Origin: Myxococcota bacterium
GTDB lineage: Bacteria > Myxococcota_A > SURF-8
Length of the DNA: 64,000 nt
Direction of reading: 5' to 3'
NCBI GenBank assembly: GCA_963674735.2
Contig: CAXXQS010000001.1
Location: 32,001-96,000 of the forward strand
The position numbers and the translations under genes are program-made. The notes under the pieces were generated by a model. That model was not told the origin of the DNA. It made no database searches and saw only the letters and a list, made by a program, of their open reading frames with translations. How positions within the stretch are numbered: the first letter of the stretch is position 1; every line of letters starts with the position of its first letter. Positions 1-11,046 of the stretch are shown here, one piece after another.

Positions 1-13
1 TTTTCTGCTCGTT

Positions 14-2122
14 TTGTTGGTTGCGGTTCCGGGCTGTTTAGGTGAATCCGCTTCGGAAGATCGCCGTTGCGATCCCGGCGAAATCGACGACTGCCACTGC
101 GATGACGGCACGGAAGGCGAGCGCGAATGCTCGGACGACGGCATGGATTGGTCCGGTTGCTCTTGCTACTCGGCTGATGGGGACCGCGATAGCGATGGGG
201 ACAGCGACCGTTGCCCGACCGGTTTCTACTGGAACGGCGAGATGTGCGTGCCCGGTGATGACCCGAACGACCACGATTGCCCGACCGGTTTCTACTGGAA
301 TGGCGAGATGTGCGCGCCGGGTGACGATCCAAACGACCACGAATGCCCGACCGGTTTTTATTGGAACGGCGAAGCGTGTGTGCCGGGAGAAGATCCCGAT
401 GGTGATTATCCCGATGGCGATTGTACGGCCACCTGCGAAGGTCGTGAATGCGGAGACGATGGTTGCGGAGGGAGTTGCGGAGAGTGTCTGCGCGGCGAGT
501 GCGTCGGTTTCCAATGCCTGATGCCGCCAGGGACCCATTTCGACGAACCTGCCGAGTCATGGTCGGTTCCGGAGGGTGGTCGCAAGGACGGCGGCTTCGA
601 CAAAACCGGTGGCGGCGTGCCGGGCGGTGAATACTATTACGGTTGGGAATCGTGGGTCACCATGGACATCAATGGCGATTATCTGCCGGATCTGGTGGTA
701 ACGTCGACCTCCAGCGCCAAAGACGGCTATTATTACTGGGATCGCGTGTTTAGCGACGACGACGGGGGGTATTGGAAAGTCTATTTCAATAGCGAAGACG
801 GATTCCAGGAAAATGCGGTTAAGTGGCGGGTTCCCGATGGCGGAAAAAAAGACGGCGGATTCGACAAAACCGGTGGCGGTGTACCGGGTGGCGAGTACTA
901 CTACGGCTGGGAGTCGTGGACCACGATGGATATCGATGGCGATCGTCTCCCGGATCTGGTGGTGACGTCGACCTCCAGCGCCAAAGACGGCTATTATTAC
1001 TGGGATCGCGTATTTAGCGATGATGATGGGGCTTACTGGAAAGTTTTCAAGAACAACGGCTCCGGTTTTGAAATGAATGCGGTCAAATGGCGGGTCCCGG
1101 AGGGCGGCCGCAAGGACGGCGGCTTCGACAAGACCGGTGGCGGTGTACCGGGTGGTGAGTACTACTACGGCTGGGAGTCGTGGTCGACGGTGGACATGAC
1201 CGGCGACGGTCTGCCGGATCTGGTGGTGACGTCGACCTCCAGCGCCAAAGACGGCTATTACTACTGGGATCGCGTGTTTACGGATGATGATGGAGCCTAC
1301 TGGAAAGTCTTCGAAAATACCGGTTCCGGCTTCGAGATGACGGCGAATAAATGGCGGGTTCCGGAGGGCGGTCGCAAGGATGGCGGCTTCGACAAGACCG
1401 GTGGCGGTGTACCGGGTGGCGAGTACTACTACGGCTGGGAGTCGTGGACCACGATGGATATCGATGGCGATCGTCTCCCGGATCTGGTGGTAACCTCCAC
1501 ATCCAGCGCCAAAGACGGTTACTATTATTGGGATCGCGTGTTCTCCGATGACGACGGAGCCTATTGGAAAGTTTTTGGCAATACGGGTTCCGGTTTCGCC
1601 ATGCGTGCGGACAAATGGCGGGTTCCGGATGGTGGTCGCAAGGACGGTGGATTCGACAAAACCGGTGGTGGCGTGCCGGGCGGTGAATACTATTACGGTT
1701 GGGAATCGTGGTCGACGGTGGACATGACCGGCGACGGTCTCCCGGATCTGGTGGTGACCTCGACCTCCAGCGCGAAAGACGGCTATTACTACTGGGATCG
1801 CGTGTTCTCCGATGACGACGGAGCCTATTGGAAAGTCTTCGAAAATACCGGCAGCGCCTTCGCGGCCAGTCGCGACAAGTGGCGGGTCCCCGAGGGCGGA
1901 AAAAAAGACGGTGGTTTCGATAAGTTGGGCGGCGGTGTGCCGGGCGGCGAGTACTATTACGGCTGGGAGTCGTGGGCGACCCTGGACCTCACTGGCGACG
2001 GCTTGTTGGATCTGGTGGTGACGTCGACCTCCAGCGCCAAAGACGGTTACTATTATTGGGATCGCGTGTTGGGATGGGCGAACGATGATTTGCATTGGAA
2101 CGTCTTCCCGGGTACGCCGTAA
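14..2122 (+). CDS. Secreted/lipoprotein with Cys-rich N-terminus and six ~88-aa FG-GAP-like (DxDGDxxPD) beta-propeller repeats; 5' end probably upstream of window
   Basis: 702-aa ORF; 3x CPTGFYWNGEMC repeats; CEGRECGDDGCGGSCG motif; six 264-bp repeats with near-identical amino acids. Confidence 0.85.
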   Translation: MLVAVPGCLGESASEDRRCDPGEIDDCHCDDGTEGERECSDDGMDWSGCSCYSADGDRDSDGDSDRCPTGFYWNGEMCVPGDDPNDHDCPTGFYWNGEMCAPGDDPNDHECPTGFYWNGEACVPGEDPDGDYPDGDCTATCEGRECGDDGCGGSCGECLRGECVGFQCLMPPGTHFDEPAESWSVPEGGRKDGGFDKTGGGVPGGEYYYGWESWVTMDINGDYLPDLVVTSTSSAKDGYYYWDRVFSDDDGGYWKVYFNSEDGFQENAVKWRVPDGGKKDGGFDKTGGGVPGGEYYYGWESWTTMDIDGDRLPDLVVTSTSSAKDGYYYWDRVFSDDDGAYWKVFKNNGSGFEMNAVKWRVPEGGRKDGGFDKTGGGVPGGEYYYGWESWSTVDMTGDGLPDLVVTSTSSAKDGYYYWDRVFTDDDGAYWKVFENTGSGFEMTANKWRVPEGGRKDGGFDKTGGGVPGGEYYYGWESWTTMDIDGDRLPDLVVTSTSSAKDGYYYWDRVFSDDDGAYWKVFGNTGSGFAMRADKWRVPDGGRKDGGFDKTGGGVPGGEYYYGWESWSTVDMTGDGLPDLVVTSTSSAKDGYYYWDRVFSDDDGAYWKVFENTGSAFAASRDKWRVPEGGKKDGGFDKLGGGVPGGEYYYGWESWATLDLTGDGLLDLVVTSTSSAKDGYYYWDRVLGWANDDLHWNVFPGTP

Positions 2123-2134
2123 ATCCCGACCATG

Positions 2135-2198
2135 AAAAAGACAAAAAGACAAAAAGACAAAAAGACCGGATCCCTTTCGACGGGTCCGGTCTTTTTTC
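2135..2198 (+). terminator. AAAAAGAC x4 microsatellite running into a Rho-independent terminator
   Basis: aaagaccggatcc-loop-gggtccggtctttttt right after the stop at 2122. Confidence 0.75.
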
Positions 2199-2295
2199 TG
2201 TTAAAAGCATTTCGGGATCATCCGATAATAGGTTAAAATCGCTCGAATTATCGGCGAACAACGCAACAGCGGCCACGAACTGAAATGCGGAAAAC

Positions 2296-3309
2296 ATGAT
2301 CATCTATTCCAACCTTCAATATGCGCATCAACCACGTTCGGAATGGAGCTTTGGTCGAGCGGTTCCCTACCCCGAAAAGCCGGGACGCATCCGCCGGATT
2401 TTGGCCAGTTTGCGAAAGCGCGGTTATGAGAAGCAGTTTGTCGAAGCCAAAAGCTTCGCGCTCGCAAACATTCTACGCGTACACGACCGCCGCATGGTGC
2501 AGCACATCAAAAGCTGCGCGTCGTTGCCGGCCGGGGAGAAGGTATACGCCCACATTTTCCCCTATCGGCATCTGGAAGTTGCCCCACAAACCGACCTGAA
2601 ACGGGCCGGTTTTTATTGTTTCGATGTCGGAACTCAGATCGATCGGCACACGTTTTCCGCCGCCAAATCGGCGGTCGATGTCGCTCTCCACGGTACGCAG
2701 TTGATTTTAAAAGGAAAATCCAAGCGTGTCTTTGCCCTCTGTCGCCCGCCCGGTCACCATGCCGATCGCGCCATGTATGGCGGTTACTGCTATTTCAACA
2801 ACGCCGCCATTGCCGCCTACTTCTTGTCTCAGCGCGGACGGGTGGTGATTCTCGACCTGGACTTCCATCACGGCAACGGGACTCAGTATCTTTTCTACAA
2901 TCTTCCCAACATTTCCTTCATCTCCATTCACGGCGACCCGGCGCGTCACTACCCTTACTTCTGCGGCTTTCGCCATGAACGCGGCGATGGGATGGGGGTG
3001 GGACATAACTGGAATCTGCCGTTGCCGGATGGTGTCGATGATGCGGAGTATGCGGTTGTCTTGAAAAAAGTATTGAAACGGATTCGCAGTTATCGACCCG
3101 CCGGGTTAATTGTTTCGATGGGTTTCGACACCTTCATCGACGATCCATTGGGAACCTTTGCTCTCAGCCGCGACTTCTACCATCGTATCGGACAACAGAT
3201 CGCCGCTCTCGATCTGCCCACCTTGGCGTGTTTGGAGGGGGGGTATGATGTCGGGGACTTGGGTGAAAACGCCACCAATTTTTATGAAGGCCTGATGCAG
3301 CGCGGATAG
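2296..3309 (+). CDS. Histone deacetylase / acetylpolyamine amidohydrolase family protein
   Basis: RPPGHH, GYCYFNN, DLDFHHGNGTQ, SIH, GFD, LEGGY motifs. Confidence 0.92.
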   Translation: MIIYSNLQYAHQPRSEWSFGRAVPYPEKPGRIRRILASLRKRGYEKQFVEAKSFALANILRVHDRRMVQHIKSCASLPAGEKVYAHIFPYRHLEVAPQTDLKRAGFYCFDVGTQIDRHTFSAAKSAVDVALHGTQLILKGKSKRVFALCRPPGHHADRAMYGGYCYFNNAAIAAYFLSQRGRVVILDLDFHHGNGTQYLFYNLPNISFISIHGDPARHYPYFCGFRHERGDGMGVGHNWNLPLPDGVDDAEYAVVLKKVLKRIRSYRPAGLIVSMGFDTFIDDPLGTFALSRDFYHRIGQQIAALDLPTLACLEGGYDVGDLGENATNFYEGLMQRG

Positions 3310-3579
3310 CGGAAACGCCACCGGAAGCGGCATTTTTCGGACGTGCAAGCGCCGTTTGAAAAGGTTGCGTCAATAAAACATTCACCCTCCGAATAAAATG
3401 TGTTAAGTAAATTTATCTGCGATGAGAACCGGTCGACTGTGGTTGCGAAGCAATCATGGTGTCCCCTATCGTCGTTTTGCCTACGGCTTCGTTTGGTCGA
3501 CGGAGTCTCGGTATGCGGGCGAGAGTTCCGCGACGATAATTCATTTCCTGAGGAAAATGGGAGAGATGACGTGACTCCG

Positions 3580-6252
3580 ATGAAACGGTATATCTTGGCT
3601 GGGCTGATTGTTTTGCTTACTATCGGTTTGGGTGCCTGTGCGGATAGCAATGACAACCAACCCGACGGCGATATGGACGACGACACCCCGACGGAAAGCG
3701 ATTTGGATCCGTCGGAGAGCGACTCGCCCGAGCTGGATGTTGTGGAAATGGATGATGAAATCGATGGGGATGGCGAAGCCGAAGAAGAGGAAGAAGCCCC
3801 GCCGGTGATCGCGTTTTCCATCACGGCCTCATCCCATTGCGTGCAGGTGGACGATACTGCCAGCCCATCCGAGCAGACGGCCGCCGAAGAGTTGCGCAGC
3901 ACGTTGGAGGAAATCTTCGGAGTTGCGCAGTTGTTTTGCGATGATGCGGCTGCCCAGGATCGCGCCAAGATCGTGGTGGGAATGGGTGCGTCGGCCGAAG
4001 CCTTGGGCGCGGACCCCGATCCGGAAGCGCTTGGGGAGCAGGGCCATCTCATCCGCACGATTCCGCCCGATCTCGTGATTGCCGGTACGGCCGGGGCAGG
4101 TACGATGTATGGCGTTCATCGTTTTCTCGAAAGAATAGCCGGGGTTCGTTGGCTCGCCCCCGGTGTGACGCAGATTCCAACGTTGTCTGAAATTCCGGTG
4201 CCGGAAAACGACCGGATTGTGACGCCCGCCTTTTTGTGGCGCGACACCTATTACACCTGGCCGGGCGGCGACGATGCCTTTCAGGCGCACATGGCCGATA
4301 ACGCGGGGGGGCATGGGAGCGACGATCCCTACGGCTTGGAATACGCCTTCGACGGCACCTGCCATACCTATTTCCGCTTCATCAGTCCCGGCGAGTATTT
4401 CGACGAACACCCCGAATATTTTTCGGAAATCGGCGGCGTGCGGGTGCGCGATGAAACGCAGCTGTGCCTCACCAACCCCGACGTACTCGACATCGTGACC
4501 GAGAAAATGCTGGCTCGCATGGCCGACAACCCCAACGTGCGCCAGCATAATTTTTCGCAGATGGATCACTACAATTATTGCGAATGCGACGCCTGCCGCG
4601 CAAAAAACGAGCAGTACGGCACCAGCGGCGGCACGCAGTTCTGGTTCATCAACGAACTGGCTAAACGCACGGCGGAAGTCTACCCCGATAAATTGGTCGG
4701 CACACTGGCCTATATGTACACCGAGGAGCCGCCCGTCGGGCTGACCATGCATCCGAACGCGGCGGTTTGGCTTTGCCACATGTACCCATCCTGCGACAGT
4801 CATCCGATCGAAAGCTGTCCGCTCAATGCCGATTACAAGCGGCGTGCGCTGGCTTGGGCCGATCTTACCGAGCATCTCTACGTTTGGCATTACATCACGG
4901 ATTTTACGCATTATTACGTGCCGTTCCCCAACTTCGACGCCATGTCGGCGGATATGCGTTTCTACCGTGATATCGGGGTGGAAGGGATTTTCCTGCAAGG
5001 TATGGGGCAAGGTGGCGGTGGTGGAGAATGGAGCCTGCTGCGTCCCTATTACGGGGCCCACCTGTTATGGAACCCCGACCGCAACCCGCAGGCCTTGCGT
5101 CGTGAATTTTTAGAGGGCTATTACGGGGCCGCCGCGGAACCGCTGGAACGCTATATCGAATTGCTGCAAGCGAAAGTGCGCGATGACGACATTCATATGC
5201 ACCTCTACACCAACCCGGCCCAGGGCTATCTGCCCGATGACATTGTGTCGCAGGCCGAGGCCGCCTTCGACGAAGCCGAGAGTCTGGTGGCCGACGACGA
5301 GGAAATCCTCGAACGTGTTCGCGTGGCTCGCATGCCGCTGACGTATACGAAGATGTTTCCCCATAACGGAAACGACATCGTGGACGAACGCATCCACTGG
5401 TTGTCGGAAATCGCCGACTGGGGAGAGGTGCAGGATTTCTTCGAGCGCATGGAAGCGCATGGTTTCCAGATCGTGCGCGAACAGGCCGGAGATCGCGCCA
5501 GCATGGAACTCTTGTATTTGTTGATGTCGGGTGATCCGCAGGTCTACACGATCGAAAACAGCAAGCTGGCCATCGAAATCGTCCCGAACCTGGGCGCGCG
5601 TGCCCTGCGTATCACACACAAGGCCAGCGGCGAATGCATCACCGCCTGGAACGTCAAGCAGGGGTTGTTTTATCCCTTCAACGGCGGGCTGGAAGATCGG
5701 ATCGGCGGGATCATTCCCTTCGGTTGGGTGGAGCCGGGAGCCATCGTGGCCCAGGAAGACACCCTTTTCGGGACACAGCAGAACACCATGAACGGCTTCA
5801 AAGTCCGGCGTGAAATCGCACTCGACGGAAACGAGGCGGCCTTTACCGTTCGCACGACGGTCACAAACCCGTCCGATGGTCCGCTTCTGTGTCAGTTGCG
5901 CGAGCATGTGGAATACGATCTCGGGTCCGTTCAATCGACGCGCGTGGCCTTTACCGCTCGTTCCGGTGCCTCGGTGGATCAGGACATGAGTGCCGTCATC
6001 GCCGGTATGCGGGAGGGAGTTCACTATTACGATCAGGATGTTCCGTTGAATGAATGGAAATTGCGCGGCGATAAAGGCTTGGAGGTCGTGGAGAGCTTCG
6101 ATGATGCGCAGGTGGATTACACCTGGATTTACGCCTTTCCCGAAAGCTTGAACGAAGTGGAGTGCGAAGTGGCGGTCAAGCCGCAGACGCTCGAAGCCGG
6201 GGAGAGCATTATCTTCGAACGCCGTTTCGAGATCAACAGCCTGGACGACTGA
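3580..6252 (+). CDS. DUF4838-type putative glycoside hydrolase lipoprotein
   Basis: Lipobox LGAC, acidic linker, GT.YGV..FLE..GVRW, HPEYF, QLCLTNP, CECDAC, LAYMYT motifs; start at MKRYIL. Confidence 0.75.
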   Translation: MKRYILAGLIVLLTIGLGACADSNDNQPDGDMDDDTPTESDLDPSESDSPELDVVEMDDEIDGDGEAEEEEEAPPVIAFSITASSHCVQVDDTASPSEQTAAEELRSTLEEIFGVAQLFCDDAAAQDRAKIVVGMGASAEALGADPDPEALGEQGHLIRTIPPDLVIAGTAGAGTMYGVHRFLERIAGVRWLAPGVTQIPTLSEIPVPENDRIVTPAFLWRDTYYTWPGGDDAFQAHMADNAGGHGSDDPYGLEYAFDGTCHTYFRFISPGEYFDEHPEYFSEIGGVRVRDETQLCLTNPDVLDIVTEKMLARMADNPNVRQHNFSQMDHYNYCECDACRAKNEQYGTSGGTQFWFINELAKRTAEVYPDKLVGTLAYMYTEEPPVGLTMHPNAAVWLCHMYPSCDSHPIESCPLNADYKRRALAWADLTEHLYVWHYITDFTHYYVPFPNFDAMSADMRFYRDIGVEGIFLQGMGQGGGGGEWSLLRPYYGAHLLWNPDRNPQALRREFLEGYYGAAAEPLERYIELLQAKVRDDDIHMHLYTNPAQGYLPDDIVSQAEAAFDEAESLVADDEEILERVRVARMPLTYTKMFPHNGNDIVDERIHWLSEIADWGEVQDFFERMEAHGFQIVREQAGDRASMELLYLLMSGDPQVYTIENSKLAIEIVPNLGARALRITHKASGECITAWNVKQGLFYPFNGGLEDRIGGIIPFGWVEPGAIVAQEDTLFGTQQNTMNGFKVRREIALDGNEAAFTVRTTVTNPSDGPLLCQLREHVEYDLGSVQSTRVAFTARSGASVDQDMSAVIAGMREGVHYYDQDVPLNEWKLRGDKGLEVVESFDDAQVDYTWIYAFPESLNEVECEVAVKPQTLEAGESIIFERRFEINSLDD

Positions 6253-6316
6253 GCGTGTCCATCTTTTAAACCGGTTCCGCACAAGTAGCTGGGGAGGCGA
6301 TTGACTGTCTGAAACA

Positions 6317-6657
6317 GTAGGTCGGACAGATTCTTTGTCCGACACATGAATTGTCGGGCACATTGTGCTCGACCTACGTGGCTTGGTTTCGCCATTGCCC
6401 GAATGATGGGCAACAAGTTGCCCATCCTACCTTTCTGCACCCTCACCCGTCGACCCATGGTCGGCGACCTCTCCCCCTAAGCAGGAACCGGGCTCTGTCC
6501 TGTTCCGCATGGTTGTCTCGATCTTTCATCACAAACGGCCCATCCGAGACAAGGCAGGAGCCCGTCACAGACGCGCTCCAACAGGAGGGTCGGACAAATT
6601 CTTTGTCCGACAATTATAATCTCCCTTTTTGTCGGACAGAATATCTGTCCGACCTAC
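6317..6657. repeat. Cluster of GTAG-type REP palindromes / REPINs
   Basis: GTAGGTCGGACAGA..TGTCCGACA (6317-6344) with inverted partner 6352-6377; GATGGGCAACAAGTTGCCCATCCTAC (6405-6430); second pair 6588-6657. Confidence 0.8.
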
Positions 6658-6793
6658 AGCTGCTTCCACCCCGTGATGCATCCGCTAAAGCTTGTACTCA
6701 GTCTAATATTTCCTTTGGTGGTTGCAATGATCGTCTGACGTGTTACACTAAAGCCTCCTAAAAAAGTATGATTCCAAATAGCGAGGTAATGCC

Positions 6794-7906
6794 ATGAGAT
6801 CGTCTCTCTGTCGGCTCGTTTTGTTGGGTGTCTTTCTTTTGTCCGCCTGCTCGGGCGATGACTACCAAAACGATGGGATATCGCCGGATGGCGACCAGCC
6901 GGATGGCGATGAGGCTCCGGCGGACGGCGATGACGGCGATGGTGATGATGATCCGGCCCTGATCGAGTATGCGCCGCTCGCGTTGGAAGCGAGTGAAGCG
7001 CCGTTCGATTTAGGCGAGGTCGAAGCCGACTATTTTCAGGATGTGGCCTACGGCGATGATGAACTTCAAACCTTCGACTTTTTCCTGGCGGACTCCGCTG
7101 AGCCCACCCCTTTGATCGTCTATATCCATGGCGGAGGCTTCACGGGAGGTGACAAGGAAGGCATTTACGATAATTCGGATGAGATTCTGGAAGCACTCGA
7201 AAATGGGGTTTCTTTTGGAACGATCAACTATCGCTTGCTGGCCGATGTGGACCCCGACGGCGTGATCAAATCGCTTTCCGATTCCGCGCGTTGTTTGCAA
7301 TTCATGCGCTATTTTTCCGAAACCCTCAACATCGATCCCGAACGTATTGCGTTATACGGCGGTTCGGCCGGGGCCGGGACAAGCCTTTGGCTCGGATTCC
7401 ATGACGACATGGCCGATGAGGAAAGCCTGGACCCGGTGGAGTGGGAATCGACGCGGGTGGCGGCCGTCGGTGCCATTGAAACACAGGCGACTTACGACCT
7501 GATGCGTTGGACCGATGACATTCTGGCGCAATTCGGCATCACCTTCAATTTGGTGTTTGCGCTGCTACCCGAAGCCGAGCAGTTGCTGCTTTCGTTTTAC
7601 GGCATCGACGAATTCGAGGAGATCGAATCGGAGGAGATCGTCGCTTATCGAGCTAATGTGGATATGCTGGCTTTGATGTCGGACGACGATGCGCCCATGT
7701 TCGTGATGAACACCAGTGTCGATCCGGGCGTGCCGAGCGACTTGAACGGCTTTTTCCACCATCCCAATCACGCCTTGTTCTTGAAGGAACGCGCCGACGA
7801 AGTAGGCCTGGAGTATATCGCCCACATTCCCGAACTGGAGATCGAGGACGCAAGCGAAACACGGGTGATTCCCTTCCTGCTGGACCATTTGGGGGTGTCG
7901 GAGTAA
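6794..7906 (+). CDS. Alpha/beta hydrolase (HSL-like esterase) lipoprotein
   Basis: Lipobox LSAC; IHGGGF oxyanion motif; GGSAGAG nucleophile elbow. Confidence 0.85.
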   Translation: MRSSLCRLVLLGVFLLSACSGDDYQNDGISPDGDQPDGDEAPADGDDGDGDDDPALIEYAPLALEASEAPFDLGEVEADYFQDVAYGDDELQTFDFFLADSAEPTPLIVYIHGGGFTGGDKEGIYDNSDEILEALENGVSFGTINYRLLADVDPDGVIKSLSDSARCLQFMRYFSETLNIDPERIALYGGSAGAGTSLWLGFHDDMADEESLDPVEWESTRVAAVGAIETQATYDLMRWTDDILAQFGITFNLVFALLPEAEQLLLSFYGIDEFEEIESEEIVAYRANVDMLALMSDDDAPMFVMNTSVDPGVPSDLNGFFHHPNHALFLKERADEVGLEYIAHIPELEIEDASETRVIPFLLDHLGVSE

Positions 7907-7973
7907 ACGACGACTCGCGTTTGCACGCAGCCGGCGTGGCGGCGCTCGGCAGAGATCCTGGATCGACACGGTT

Positions 7974-8801
7974 CTATTCAGGACTCACCACCCAATAATT
8001 GAACGAGAAGCGCCCGTTGTCCGTGCGCAGTCCGGCGGGACCATCGAATTCCAGCCCGCTGGGCGGGATGCGGCCGCTCCAGACCAGACGCTCATCCGCA
8101 TGAACGACGAGCCGGTCGCCGGTCAGTTCGGCTTCCAGGCTGTGGGGGATGCCGATGCCCATTGCCGGAGGGGCTTGGGAGATGTCGGCTTTCACGTTGG
8201 TATAGTTACTTGCGCCGCATTCGGCATGGATGCGTTGACCCGGATTGCGCTTGACCGACACGACGATCGCCTCTTTGGGTTCGATGCGCCACATGACGTA
8301 GAGTACGTTGCAGGTGTTTTGCGCTCGCAGCTTCAGCCCGAACTGCACCCGCATTTCCCCCGACGCCAGCGGTTTTTGAGTTGTCGTGTGGCCCAGATAA
8401 GTGAATTCGGCGCGCACATGCCGGGCCCTTCCCGCTTTCAAGACTGCGCGCACCTGATGGTGCTCGATGGTCGGGCCGGGGCGGATCGTGCCAGCGGTTA
8501 CGTTGAGATCGGAAAGGCGCACCTTTACCGATGCGACAGCCTGGGTCGTTGGGGGCGTGGAGGCTGCAATCTTAGTCCGTTCCGGCTTCGCGTCCGGCTG
8601 CGCATCTGCCATAAGTGCAGGCAGCGCTTGAGATGCGACGCCGGGCGATCGAACCGGATTCCGCTCCGGGGTATGTGGGGCGCAGGCGGAGAAGAGAAAA
8701 AGTAGTGTCGGTAAGATAAAACGCGAGAAAACGGCGACTGGTCGTGTTGAAAATAGTGTACAGATGGATAGATATGCACGACAGAATGCAAACATATTCA
8801 T
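7974..8801 (-). CDS. Hypothetical exported protein, beta-rich C-terminal domain
   Basis: 275-aa ORF with hydrophobic N-terminus and FSAC lipobox-like motif; start uncertain. Confidence 0.6.
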   Translation of the reverse strand: MNMFAFCRAYLSICTLFSTRPVAVFSRFILPTLLFLFSACAPHTPERNPVRSPGVASQALPALMADAQPDAKPERTKIAASTPPTTQAVASVKVRLSDLNVTAGTIRPGPTIEHHQVRAVLKAGRARHVRAEFTYLGHTTTQKPLASGEMRVQFGLKLRAQNTCNVLYVMWRIEPKEAIVVSVKRNPGQRIHAECGASNYTNVKADISQAPPAMGIGIPHSLEAELTGDRLVVHADERLVWSGRIPPSGLEFDGPAGLRTDNGRFSFNYWVVSPE

Positions 8802-8955
8802 CGCTATGCCACTTATAAAAAACGTGATAAATTGTGATAATGAAACACAAGCAAGACCTTACTAGTCTTCATCATTGAAATCAAGATCGATTCAGTTGCA
8901 AACATGAAATACATTTCGTCCACAGTTCGGTTATTGTGAGGGTCCTACTAAATCC

Positions 8956-9999
8956 TTACTCCTTCGTCTTTATCGATGGCCTTTTGTTTTCCTCCTCCTC
9001 TCGAAACAGATAGAAGAACGCCGCCGGTACGAGAATAAACGCCAGCGGCACCATCTGGCGCACCTCGCTGAAGATGCCGGTGATCAGGTGGCAGAAAATG
9101 AAAAACGGGATCATCAGCAGGCTGCAGCGCATAAAAGACGGCAGGTGTTTGAAGCGCCAGTAGGCGAAGAACCACAGCATGCCGAAGATAAAGAAGGGGT
9201 AGAGTCCTTTTTCGGTAAATTGAGCGAACGGGTGGGCCGTGAGGGCGGTGCCGATCCGTTCCAGATTGTCCGGCCAATGCCAGGCACCACCCAGGTGCGG
9301 ACGGTTGCGGGTCAGGTAGCGGATGAACCCGATGGCGACGACCATCGGCAGGCTGACGAGCGCCGTTCGCCAGAGGGAAAAGGCGATCTGCCGCAACGAC
9401 CAGCCGCGCCAGTTGCAGAAAAGATGCACCAAGGGAAGGCTCAGCATGGTTTCGTTATTGAGTCCGCCGACGAAAAACACCCCCGTCGTCCAGGTATCTT
9501 TGTGTTCGCGCATGGCCCAGAGCGCTAAAAGAAAGGTGACCAGCAGAAGCGACGCGCTTTCTTGCAAGTCGTTGGTGTGGGTAAACGGCATGATGGCCGC
9601 CAGAAACAGAACCCCGGCAAAGGATGTCGACGGCTTGAACCAGCGCCGCAAATAGAGGTGAAATAAAAAGAGCGCGAGCCAGGTAAAGAGCAGACGCTGC
9701 AGCAGGTAGGCGTTTTCAATGCTCAGTCCGAGCAGGCGGTGAAAACCTTCCGGGATCGCCCATTGCAGCAGGCGCGATTGCTCGTTGTTGTAATAGTTGA
9801 AATCCAGCAGGCGATGGTGATTGCGTACGAGGCGGCCGCTGGTCCAGGCGGGCGTGGCCATGAGTTTGACGCGCGTGTCGAGAAACGCCAGAAAGAGATA
9901 AATCGACGAAAACACAAAGCCTTCGGAATGACGCGCAACGAAGCGACGGAGCGCCGTGTAAGTTTGGATGGTTTTTTCTGTCAACCCGTCGAAAGTCAT
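8956..9999 (-). CDS. Hypothetical polytopic membrane protein (GT-C-like topology possible)
   Basis: 347 aa with about 8-9 hydrophobic segments. Confidence 0.7.
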   Translation of the reverse strand: MTFDGLTEKTIQTYTALRRFVARHSEGFVFSSIYLFLAFLDTRVKLMATPAWTSGRLVRNHHRLLDFNYYNNEQSRLLQWAIPEGFHRLLGLSIENAYLLQRLLFTWLALFLFHLYLRRWFKPSTSFAGVLFLAAIMPFTHTNDLQESASLLLVTFLLALWAMREHKDTWTTGVFFVGGLNNETMLSLPLVHLFCNWRGWSLRQIAFSLWRTALVSLPMVVAIGFIRYLTRNRPHLGGAWHWPDNLERIGTALTAHPFAQFTEKGLYPFFIFGMLWFFAYWRFKHLPSFMRCSLLMIPFFIFCHLITGIFSEVRQMVPLAFILVPAAFFYLFREEEENKRPSIKTKE

Positions 10000-10455
10000 T
10001 CAAAATCCCCGTGACAAATGAGGCATTCCCATGGTTAACCGCCGATTCAGGTGGTTCTTAAATCCATAAAACGAAATGCGGTTGTTTCGAGTAAACGGAA
10101 ATATTGATAGCAAAAATCACGCCATCATACAACCCAATAAAACAGGCGACTTTCGTCTCTGCTTGTCAGAAATACAGGACAAAGGCGGCGAAGGCGCGAC
10201 ATTTGTGTCATGGGCGACGATTAGGATCGGTGGTCTTGTGAGAAGAGATCGCAATCAAAGCCGCCGTTAGGCGGGGTTAGGCAAAGGTCTTGGCCGATAT
10301 CCTTGGCTTTCAGAATAGTTTGCGCGGTGATCGTCGCTTGCGTATTATAATCAAATCAGAAGCATTGGAAATATTCAACGAAAGCCGGAAAAAATAGAAG
10401 AGGCTCCTTTTGAAGGCGAGAAGAAAACGTCCCTTTATTGAAGAAAGGATATTCG

Positions 10456-10683
10456 ATGTCCGACATGACCAGGCTTGGAATGTCGATCGGACTCTATCTT
10501 GTCGGTGTGATTATCTTCCTATGGATCATTTTCTGGGGAGGAGCGAATCGCCTTGATGGAACCTTAAAATCAGGATTGCTTTTTTCTCCACTCGCGGTGA
10601 ATTGGGGGGCGGAAGGATTGAAGCTCGCTGCCTGGATCGGCCTGATCGCCTCCACGTATTACTTTGTGTCTGATTTATTCTAA
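10456..10683 (+). CDS. Small two-TM membrane protein
   Basis: AAGGA RBS before ATG 10456; two hydrophobic stretches. Confidence 0.6.
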   Translation: MSDMTRLGMSIGLYLVGVIIFLWIIFWGGANRLDGTLKSGLLFSPLAVNWGAEGLKLAAWIGLIASTYYFVSDLF

Positions 10684-10728
10684 ACAGCGTAGCGCAACGG
10701 CCGGTCTTTGAATGATTGACGAAAGATG

Positions 10729-10855
10729 GGGTGGCACGGTCTTGTTTTCGTGAGAAAACATGGCCGTGTTGGAATCGGACATATTATGATACAATCCGAG
10801 CTTGGAATGGATTAAAATTACAGCCCTGTAGGTCGGACAGATTTTCTGTCCGACA
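10729..10855. repeat. REP-like palindromes (GGGGTGGCACGG.. and GTAGGTCGGACAG..TGTCCGACAC)
   Basis: 10828-10855 is near-identical to 6317-6344. Confidence 0.7.
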
Positions 10856-11046
10856 CAAAAAGAGATGATAATTGCGGGCGGATAGCGAGGTGTTGTGGGA
10901 GACCACCACCGACGCCTACACGTTCTACAGACAACAACGTAGGCACCCAGGATGACGCTTGAACTATTTCTTTAATATTTCGTTCTTTTCTATCCGAATA
11001 AACCCGGCAGAATACCAGCCGCCGTTTTCGTCAATCGAAATACCCC

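Noticed and set aside
540-2122. CRISPR array or DGR template/variable repeats
   Set aside because: Repeats are in-frame coding units without unique spacers; differences are mostly synonymous, not adenine-specific; no cas or reverse transcriptase gene
557-2152. Long antisense ORFs (also 3829-5061, 5110-6363, 27869-29137, 34145-35416 and others)
   Set aside because: Shadow ORFs opposite well-supported genes in GC-rich DNA
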